A stretch of DNA of 32,547 nt. Source: a virus (Duplodnaviria; Heunggongvirae; Uroviricota; Caudoviricetes). Shown piece after piece: positions 18,692-24,135 of the stretch; positions within the stretch are counted from its first letter, which is position 1, and each line of letters opens with the position of its first letter. The stretch is taken from the IMG/VR virus record IMGVR_UViG_3300022910_000004; one strand, 5' to 3'. Both the position numbers and the translations under genes were made by a program. The notes below the pieces were generated by a model, which had not been told where the DNA came from, did no database searches, and saw only the letters and a list, made by a program, of their open reading frames with translations.

Positions 18692-18768
18692 TGGTGTGAC
18701 GTGTGATAATCGAAATCACATACTCCAGAGTCACATTCTGGATCTTTTCCGCTTAAGATAACGTCACC
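18692..18768 (-). tRNA. tRNA-His(GTG)
   Basis: Loop ATGTGAC; genomic G at -1 but discriminator A; CCA. Confidence 0.88.
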
Positions 18769-18774
18769 ACTGTT

Positions 18775-18849
18775 TGGTGGAACTGGTTGGATTTGAACCA
18801 ACATAAGTCGGCTTAAAAGGCCGATGATCTACCTGTGATCCACAATTCC
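18775..18849 (-). tRNA. tRNA-Lys(TTT)
   Basis: Loop CTTTTAA, CCA. Confidence 0.9.
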
Positions 18850-18856
18850 TTTAATT

Positions 18857-18930
18857 TGGCAGACCGTGTAAGAATCGAACTCACATCTCATGGTTTGGAG
18901 CCACGCATTCTACCACTAAACTAACGATCT
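18857..18930 (-). tRNA. tRNA-Trp(CCA)
   Basis: Loop CTCCAAA, G73, CCA. Confidence 0.9.
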
Positions 18931-18937
18931 AAAAATT

Positions 18938-19013
18938 TGGTACTTCTTGCTGGATTCGAACCAACCCCACAGAGTTCGTAGCTCTATATTCTATCCCAAT
19001 AAACTAAAGAAGT
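18938..19013 (-). tRNA. tRNA-Arg(ACG)
   Basis: Loop CTACGAA, CCA. Confidence 0.9.
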
Positions 19014-19014
19014 A

Positions 19015-19088
19015 TGGTACTCAGTGCTGGTAACGATCCAGCGTTTAACGCTTATCAAGCGTTTGTTCTACCATTGAACTAACCGAGT
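19015..19088 (-). tRNA. tRNA-Ile(GAT)
   Basis: Loop TTGATAA, CCA. Confidence 0.9.
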
Positions 19089-19100
19089 ATAATATTCATA

Positions 19101-19188
19101 TGGCGGAAAACAGAGAGCACGATTCTCATACGCTAGCACGTACAGACCGCTTAGCAGGCGGCTCCAGAACCCATCTGGTTTATTTTCC
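19101..19188 (-). tRNA. tRNA-Ser(GCT)
   Basis: Loop CTGCTAA, long variable arm, G73, CCA. Confidence 0.9.
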
Positions 19189-19192
19189 ATAT

Positions 19193-19269
19193 TGGTACGA
19201 AAGGTGGGACTTGAACCCACAAAACCTAGTTTCTAAGACTAGTATGTATGCCTATTCCATCACTCTCGC
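19193..19269 (-). tRNA. tRNA-Leu(TAG), short variable loop
   Basis: Loop CTTAGAA, 5-nt variable region, CCA. Confidence 0.88.
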
Positions 19270-19277
19270 ATTTAAAT

Positions 19278-19353
19278 TGGCGCCACTTATGGGTTTCGAT
19301 CCCATTACCTTACCCTTGACAGGGGTACGCTCTCCCAATTGAGCTAAAGCGGC
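19278..19353 (-). tRNA. tRNA-Asp(GTC)
   Basis: Loop CTGTCAA, G73, CCA. Confidence 0.92.
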
Positions 19354-19359
19354 TTAAAC

Positions 19360-19443
19360 TGGTGCGCAGGGGCGGAATTTGCACCACCACATCTCTCGAA
19401 GCTGATTTACAGTCAGGTGAGTTCACTCGTACTCAGCCTACGC
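19360..19443 (-). tRNA. tRNA-Tyr(GTA)
   Basis: Loop CTGTAAA, extended variable region, T-loop TGCAAAT, CCA. Confidence 0.88.
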
Positions 19444-19452
19444 ATTTAACTA

Positions 19453-19540
19453 TGGCGGAAAATAAAGGAGTCGAACCCTCAGCGCTCATCACACTGGCTA
19501 CGGTTTTCAAGACCGTTTGTGGCCACCCACGCTATCTTCC
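19453..19540 (-). tRNA. tRNA-Ser(TGA)
   Basis: Loop CTTGAAA, long variable arm, G73, CCA. Confidence 0.9.
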
Positions 19541-19545
19541 TAAAT

Positions 19546-19621
19546 TGGTGGAATAGGTGAGAATCGAACTCACCACAGGAAAGGTGCAAACCTCCCTCGC
19601 CCCCTTGGCACATGCTACCCC
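19546..19621 (-). tRNA. tRNA-Ala(TGC)
   Basis: Loop TTTGCAC, G3:U70 identity pair, CCA. Confidence 0.9.
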
Positions 19622-19632
19622 ATAACTATAAT

Positions 19633-19707
19633 TGGTAGCGGGAACCAGATTCGAACTGGTGATTTTCAGCTTATGAGACTGACGAGTTACCGCTTCTCTA
19701 TCCCGCT
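19633..19707 (-). tRNA. tRNA-Met(CAT), initiator-like body
   Basis: Loop CTCATAA; 5' AGCGGGATAGAG resembles fMet tRNA but has A1-U72 and lacks the three G-C anticodon-stem pairs. Confidence 0.85.
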
Positions 19708-19800
19708 ATTAATCCTGTGACTCTTTATAACCATTCATGGATTGGTAACTCCGAAGAGCTGGTCGTAACCCTTACAACTGGTCAAAGTTACTTTTAAATA

Positions 19801-19878
19801 TGGCTGATCACCTTGGAATCGAACCAAGCTCCATTCTGATTAACAGTCAGATGCTCACACCATGCTTGCTCGTGATCA
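19801..19878 (-). tRNA. tRNA-Asn(GTT)
   Basis: Loop CTGTTAA, G73, CCA. Confidence 0.92.
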
Positions 19879-19885
19879 ATAAATT

Positions 19886-19960
19886 TGGTCTATCCTGTAG
19901 GACTCGAACCTACGACTTCTCCGTTCCAAACAGAGCGACTTGCCTCTAGCCTAAAGATAG
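19886..19960 (-). tRNA. tRNA-Pro(TGG)
   Basis: Loop TTTGGAA, C1-G72, A73, CCA. Confidence 0.9.
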
Positions 19961-19995
19961 AAATGAATATCATATAATATTCGCTGTACATTCTA

Positions 19996-20024
19996 ATTAT
20001 ACTATCAATTTTAACTATTGTAAA
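19996..20024 (-). promoter_or_regulatory. Sigma70-type promoter driving the main tRNA block
   Basis: TTTACA-17 nt-TATAAT, ~35 nt upstream of tRNA-Pro. Confidence 0.75.
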
Positions 20025-20045
20025 GTTATTTTTTGATAAATATAA

Positions 20046-20237
20046 TCAATCATCAAAATTTGTTGGTTGTTTTACACCTTCTACAGCATACTGTAGAATA
20101 TATTCTTTCTCTTCTGGGATATTTATTGTATAAACTACCCCACGACATTCATGACAAAAATCCTCAGGAGTTCCATCATCTTTCTTCATTCTTAAATCAG
20201 ACCACGATAGGGCCGAATCACAGCACCGACATCTCAT
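20046..20237 (-). CDS. Small putative zinc-binding protein
   Basis: 63 aa; CRCC...FCHEC cysteine pairs, acidic tail; sits in a gap of the tRNA cluster. Confidence 0.65.
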   Translation of the reverse strand: MRCRCCDSALSWSDLRMKKDDGTPEDFCHECRGVVYTINIPEEKEYILQYAVEGVKQPTNFDD

Positions 20238-20272
20238 AACACACTCAGTCTAGCTTATGCTAGATTTATTAT

Positions 20273-20348
20273 TGGGGCAAGTAAAAGGGTTCGAACCTTT
20301 ATCTGGAACCAGATTGCTCCCGTCCTCTCCAAATTAGACGATACTTGC
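20273..20348 (-). ncRNA. Atypical tRNA-like RNA with a 6-nt anticodon loop
   Basis: Perfect GCAAGTA/TACTTGC acceptor, D arm, AAAGG-TTCGAAC-CCTTT T arm, C73-CCA; stem GGAGC/GTTCC closes loop AATCTG. Confidence 0.8.
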
Positions 20349-20356
20349 GTAATTCT

Positions 20357-20433
20357 TGGTGGGCCACCCAAGACTTGAACTTGAAACCTTCGACTTATGA
20401 GGTCGCTGCTCTAACCAGTTGAGCTAGAGGCCC
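20357..20433 (-). tRNA. tRNA(CAT), probably Ile2 (lysidine)
   Basis: Loop CTCATAA; C4-G69 and C5-G68 pairs as in TilS substrates. Confidence 0.8.
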
Positions 20434-20437
20434 TTTC

Positions 20438-20511
20438 TGGAGCCTGTGGTAGGAATCGAACCCACGTAAAAGGATTTGCAATCCCTCGCATGGCCACTCT
20501 GCCACACAGGC
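20438..20511 (-). tRNA. tRNA-Cys(GCA)
   Basis: Loop TTGCAAA, U73, CCA. Confidence 0.92.
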
Positions 20512-20516
20512 TTGTT

Positions 20517-20591
20517 TGGTGCGGGATTGGGGACTCGAACCCCAGACACCGACTTGGAAGGACGGCATGTTACCAACTACACTAATCACGC
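20517..20591 (-). tRNA. tRNA-Gly(TCC)
   Basis: Loop CTTCCAA, discriminator A, CCA. Confidence 0.88.
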
Positions 20592-20721
20592 ATTATACTA
20601 ATCAAAATAATTCTTACATTTTACATAAATAGCTGTGTCTGGACAGCTTGTTTCTTCACTGTAATCATATATGAAATATATTACACCAAAGAATGTAACA
20701 AGGGACACAATAAAACCTAGC

Positions 20722-20904
20722 TTACTCATCTAACATCCCTTTCAATACATCTACACCAATACCGGTCAGGGTAGAAATTGTGTATAACTCCAACCCATCA
20801 TTAATCAACTGAGTTAGTTGCTCTTTTGTAATGTCCTCCCCAGAAATCAGGGAGTCTCCAATACTAAGAGCATTACTAATTGATTTTGTAAAAAGATCAA
20901 ACAT
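20722..20904 (-). CDS. Small helical hypothetical protein
   Basis: 60 aa; start overlaps the stop of the TROVE-like gene (TAATG). Confidence 0.7.
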   Translation of the reverse strand: MFDLFTKSISNALSIGDSLISGEDITKEQLTQLINDGLELYTISTLTGIGVDVLKGMLDE

Positions 20905-22319
20905 TATAATGCATACCTCTCAATCATCACTGTTTCCAACATAACTTCTTCAGGATTAGAGGCTTTGCCTAAAACACTCTTCATGATAGAAGGACTATAA
21001 CCACTCACCATTGCTGTTCCTGTTTCGTGTTTGGTCACAGGCTTACTGGTGTTAGCCGCATTAAGATTCCAAAACACAATTTTAGGAATCTGATAGCCAG
21101 CAGCTTCAAATTCTTTCTTCATCATGTTAAAAGCAGTCACAGACTTTCCTTCGACATAATTGCAATTAAACTGCATATCACTCAAAATAACTAAAGTGGT
21201 GGGCATTTGTGAAGGATCTAAATTAACATCCTTTGCTGCATCTAGGATCAATTTAAAAGCAGCTTGAATATTAGTACTTCCACCCCAAGGGGCTTTAGAG
21301 ATTAAATCAAATCTTTGTTTTAAAGATCCTGCATCTATTTTTAATAGTCTTGGGCTAGACTCAAAGGTCATAAACACATCTTTAAAAATACCCTCTGAAC
21401 GACTGGCTATGTACCAACCCAGAGATATTGCAACATCAACACATTGTAAATATCGATCGCCACCAGCAGATTTATACATACTCTGAGAGACATCAATCAG
21501 TGGAAGAATACGTTCTTCACTACCTTCCATATAATTAGGAAGGGCATTCCACTGTTGTTCTGCTATCTCAGCATTACCTTGATAGACAGACTTATAAATG
21601 TCATGTGGGTATACGGCAGAAGCATGGATAGTAGTTTCACCTTTCTTAAGTGATTCTAAGTATTTACCATAACGTTCTGTAGCATTACGCCCAAAAGCTT
21701 TCTGATAGCGTGCAGAAGCAACAGAAGGGACCTTGTCAAACTCTATAGTATCCCATTCTTTTGCACACATACTCTGTTCAACAGTCTTACGACCTGCAAC
21801 AATGTACTTACGCCAATCGGCCTCTTTCTTGAAGCCCAGCATCTTACGAACTTTCTTTGCTGTATTGCCTTTAATAGGCACCCACTTAAAGGCCAAACCA
21901 TTGCCTTCTTGTAATTCTGTTTTATAAATGTGACTTGCAAAATCACTCATCTGAGGAATATTCTCAGATACCCACAAAAGGTCATCAAAACGACCAATTT
22001 CAGGGATTTTGGTAAGCAGGGTATTCAACGCTTGAATTATCTCAGCTTTACCTGCATTAGCATATGCAAATTTAAGTAGATTACGGAACAGTTGACGTTC
22101 CCCAGCTCCACCCCTAACATCACGTAACCACTGTAAGATACGCAATGCAACATCTTGATTCTCAATCAAGGCGTCTAAAAATTCTTTATCGATATTCTTC
22201 CCACGGCTAGCACCAGCCAAGTAGAATAGATCTAAGCATTTGGACAGGCTCGAAAAATGCGCCTTTGCTCCATTATCGGTTTTTGCTTGTGCATTAACCG
22301 CTTCAAATAATGACATCAT
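20904..22319 (-). CDS. TROVE/Ro60-like RNA-binding protein with vWA domain (DUF2828-like)
   Basis: LRDVRGGAGERQLF, IPEIGRFDDL, MIDAS-like LIDVSQSM, WGGSTN, ILSDMQF, FWNL, VSGYSPS; AGGAG 6 nt before ATG 22319, preferred over the track's GTG 22349. Confidence 0.85.
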   Translation of the reverse strand: MMSLFEAVNAQAKTDNGAKAHFSSLSKCLDLFYLAGASRGKNIDKEFLDALIENQDVALRILQWLRDVRGGAGERQLFRNLLKFAYANAGKAEIIQALNTLLTKIPEIGRFDDLLWVSENIPQMSDFASHIYKTELQEGNGLAFKWVPIKGNTAKKVRKMLGFKKEADWRKYIVAGRKTVEQSMCAKEWDTIEFDKVPSVASARYQKAFGRNATERYGKYLESLKKGETTIHASAVYPHDIYKSVYQGNAEIAEQQWNALPNYMEGSEERILPLIDVSQSMYKSAGGDRYLQCVDVAISLGWYIASRSEGIFKDVFMTFESSPRLLKIDAGSLKQRFDLISKAPWGGSTNIQAAFKLILDAAKDVNLDPSQMPTTLVILSDMQFNCNYVEGKSVTAFNMMKKEFEAAGYQIPKIVFWNLNAANTSKPVTKHETGTAMVSGYSPSIMKSVLGKASNPEEVMLETVMIERYAL

Positions 22320-22339
22320 AATAAACTCCTTAATAATTG

Positions 22340-22418
22340 ACAGAATCACTTGTTTGTGATGAGATCACAGTACTGGCAGCCGTGTACGGCTATAATTTTT
22401 TGTTGCTGAACTGATTCT
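22340..22418 (-). ncRNA. Y-RNA-like unit 4 (two internal hairpins)
   Basis: AAGA-ATCA-GTTCAGCAA...TGAT-TCTGT; inner stems AGCCG/CGGCT and TGTGAT/ATCACA. Confidence 0.65.
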
Positions 22419-22427
22419 TTAATTTAA

Positions 22428-22492
22428 ACAGACTGCATACTTTTAGTCGGACTTGTAGGTCTGATTATAGTAGGGTTTGCTGAAAGCAGTCT
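22428..22492 (-). ncRNA. Y-RNA-like unit 3
   Basis: AAGA-CTGC-TTTCAGCAA...GCAG-TCTGT. Confidence 0.65.
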
Positions 22493-22498
22493 TTCTTA

Positions 22499-22636
22499 AC
22501 AGAATGTATTATTACTTGTCTTTTGCTCTACCAACTGAGCTACATCCGAACGAAACGTTAGTCGCGATTTAACGGAAGACAGGACTCGAACCTGTGACCC
22601 AAAGTTTGGAATAGTAATTGTTGCTGAAAACATTCT
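22499..22636 (-). ncRNA. YrlA-like Y RNA with permuted tRNA module (unit 2)
   Basis: AAGA-ATGT-TTTCAGCAA...GGGTC-ACAGG-TTCGAGT-CCTGT (T arm), loop-closed acceptor-like stem, TA-GCTC-AGTTGGTA-GAGC (D arm)...ACAT-TCTGT; no anticodon loop, no CCA. Confidence 0.8.
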
Positions 22637-22651
22637 TTAATTAGTAGAGAA

Positions 22652-22704
22652 ACAGAAAACTCTTGGTTTCATAAGCCTGAAAGTTTGGTTGCTGAAAGTT
22701 TTCT
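22652..22704 (-). ncRNA. Y-RNA-like unit 1
   Basis: AAGA-AAAC-TTTCAGCAA...GTTT-TCTGT; inner TTTCA/TGAAA hairpin. Confidence 0.65.
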
Positions 22705-22718
22705 TAATCTCTATATTC

Positions 22719-22753
22719 ATTATAACACACTTGGATATACTAAAAGCAAGTGT
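22719..22753 (-). promoter_or_regulatory. Extended -10 promoter for the Y-RNA-like array
   Basis: TGT-TATAAT at 22719-22727, possible TTGCTT -35 at 19 nt; overlapped by the inverted repeat ACACTTG-N13-CAAGTGT. Confidence 0.65.
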
Positions 22754-22899
22754 TTTCTTAATCTTTTGTAAATATATTGTTTATTTTACAATATTCTCAC
22801 TCTTTTACTTGAAACTCGTAATCAACTGACTCAGTTTACCCTAGTTTTTCTCTGTACGCAATAACATTATCTAAATAATCATAAACATTAGCTATTAGT

Positions 22900-23187
22900 C
22901 TAGACCTTAATAATTCCTCTCTTTAAAGACTTAAGTAATTCTGAGTAAGATTCACTACTAGGTTTATACTTCTTGCGTAAAGCGGACTCTTTCCACAATG
23001 TAACTATTCTTGTTTGACCATCTGGAATAACAAAACCTAAATCGTATCCCCAAGACTTTTCTGTAATTACAAAATCTTTATAGAAAGATTCGGGTGGAAC
23101 CACTGCAACTATAGTATATTCCCCATTATATTGAGAATGGGCTTTACTTTCAAGGATTATCTCTTCCCCAACATGAAATTTATTCAT
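22900..23187 (-). CDS. Hypothetical protein (small beta-barrel-like)
   Basis: 95 aa, AGGAG RBS. Confidence 0.7.
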   Translation of the reverse strand: MNKFHVGEEIILESKAHSQYNGEYTIVAVVPPESFYKDFVITEKSWGYDLGFVIPDGQTRIVTLWKESALRKKYKPSSESYSELLKSLKRGIIKV

Positions 23188-23195
23188 AGTAACTC

Positions 23196-23366
23196 CTATA
23201 TAGTGTATTTTTGCACTGGAATAGGCTTAGTGTAGTTGGGTGTATATATTTTGTCAACAGAATACTCTTTAAAAGAACGAAATCTTGAAGGTACAGGACA
23301 ATTAAAAGTGACGGCCAAGTGTAAATTCTTACTCTTATTACAATTCTTACATAAATACTGTTCCAT
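23196..23366 (-). CDS. Small hypothetical protein with CxxC (56 aa)
   Basis: Manual: MEQYLCKNCNKSKNLHLAVTFNCPVPS...KYTI*; TAGGAG RBS. Confidence 0.65.
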   Translation of the reverse strand: MEQYLCKNCNKSKNLHLAVTFNCPVPSRFRSFKEYSVDKIYTPNYTKPIPVQKYTI

Positions 23367-23454
23367 ATATTACTCCTAAGTATAATTCAATTAGGCTGGT
23401 GGATAAATTCTGGATAATACTAACCCATAGCCATACCATAATAGTATTAGCCAT
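23347..23454 (-). CDS. Possible 35 aa hydrophobic peptide
   Basis: Manual: MANTIMVWLWVSIIQNLSTSLIELYLGVIYGTVFM*; GAGGA RBS; overlaps the next ORF by 20 nt. Confidence 0.4.
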   Translation of the reverse strand: MANTIMVWLWVSIIQNLSTSLIELYLGVIYGTVFM

Positions 23455-23487
23455 TAGGTTAGTATCCTCAGAATTCAATTAGGCTGG
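23384..23487. repeat. 16-bp direct repeat pair
   Basis: AATTCAATTAGGCTGG at 23384-23399 and 23472-23487. Confidence 0.85.
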
Positions 23488-23791
23488 AGCCATAAGATTC
23501 TCTGCGCTACAGGCAGCATACTATAACTAGTACGGGATAATGTAAAGTGATTTATATCTTTACATCACAAGGGGCTTCCTCTATAATCAGAGTCCATGCT
23601 ACTCCCCCTTAAGCCATTTTATAATGGCCACTAACAAGTATTGTGTCTTGCATCTTCTTACACTTTAGGATTAGCCGGTGAGTGATGCGTTAAGCTTGAC
23701 ATATCTCTCTAATCCGTAGGACCTGATTCTCAGGAACAATAGGTGTAATGTCTTTACGTTAGAACACCTAGAAATATTAATCTCTTTATCC

Positions 23792-23821
23792 ATTATACAG
23801 TATTGGACTCTCAAAAGTCAA
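23792..23821 (-). promoter_or_regulatory. Leftward sigma70-type promoter
   Basis: TTGACT-18 nt-TATAAT. Confidence 0.7.
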
Positions 23822-23845
23822 TATCACAAATAAATAGGTAAATAT

Positions 23846-23885
23846 GTCTTAACCCTATCAATTTAAGACTTCAGTGTGATATAAT
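23846..23885 (+). promoter_or_regulatory. Rightward extended -10 promoter
   Basis: TGA-TATAAT at 23877-23885; inverted repeat GTCTTAA-N10-TTAAGAC upstream. Confidence 0.6.
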
Positions 23886-23922
23886 GGTAATGCATTTTAA
23901 AATTTACTTAGGATAAAACATT

Positions 23923-24135
23923 ATGGATGCAAAAGTTAGAGCAGAAGAATTATTTAACAATGTAATGGGGCAGGTTAAAGAGGCTAGAGACAACTTAGCT
24001 AAAAGAATGCTGGAAAAAGGTATGACCCCAGAAACACATTATATCAAAGATAATTTTGAAGAAATTGTAAATGGTACTACACTAGAGTATATTTGCACAC
24101 CCGAACCAAAAACAAAGGAGAAAACTAATGGCTAA
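23923..24135 (+). CDS. Hypothetical protein
   Basis: 70 aa, AGGA RBS, first gene of the rightward unit. Confidence 0.75.
   Translation: MDAKVRAEELFNNVMGQVKEARDNLAKRMLEKGMTPETHYIKDNFEEIVNGTTLEYICTPEPKTKEKTNG

Noticed and set aside
18462-20589. Track ORFs within the tRNA cluster (18462, 19100, 19362, 20033, 20395) and 17944..18402
   Set aside because: They are antisense to, or overlap, clear tRNA genes or the terS candidate; the translations are not protein-like.
22320-22349. ORF-track GTG start (22349) for the TROVE-like gene
   Set aside because: It falls inside the 3' stem of array unit 4 with no RBS; AGGAG precedes ATG 22319.
22510-22600. Ordinary tRNA gene or pseudogene in the array
   Set aside because: The T arm precedes the D arm, and there is no anticodon loop and no CCA; better explained as a YrlA-type module.
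22340-22704. CRISPR array or simple tandem repeat interpretation of the four units
   Set aside because: The conserved parts are split between the two ends of each unit and covary as a stem; interiors vary from about 25 to 110 nt; there is no constant direct repeat and no cas gene.
23580-23735. Hammerhead ribozyme, group I intron or tmRNA in the structured intergenic region
   Set aside because: CTGATTA and CTGATTC do not fit CUGANGA with a downstream GAAA; GAGATATGTC only loosely resembles the group I S element and no other core elements were found; there is no tmRNA T arm or CCA.
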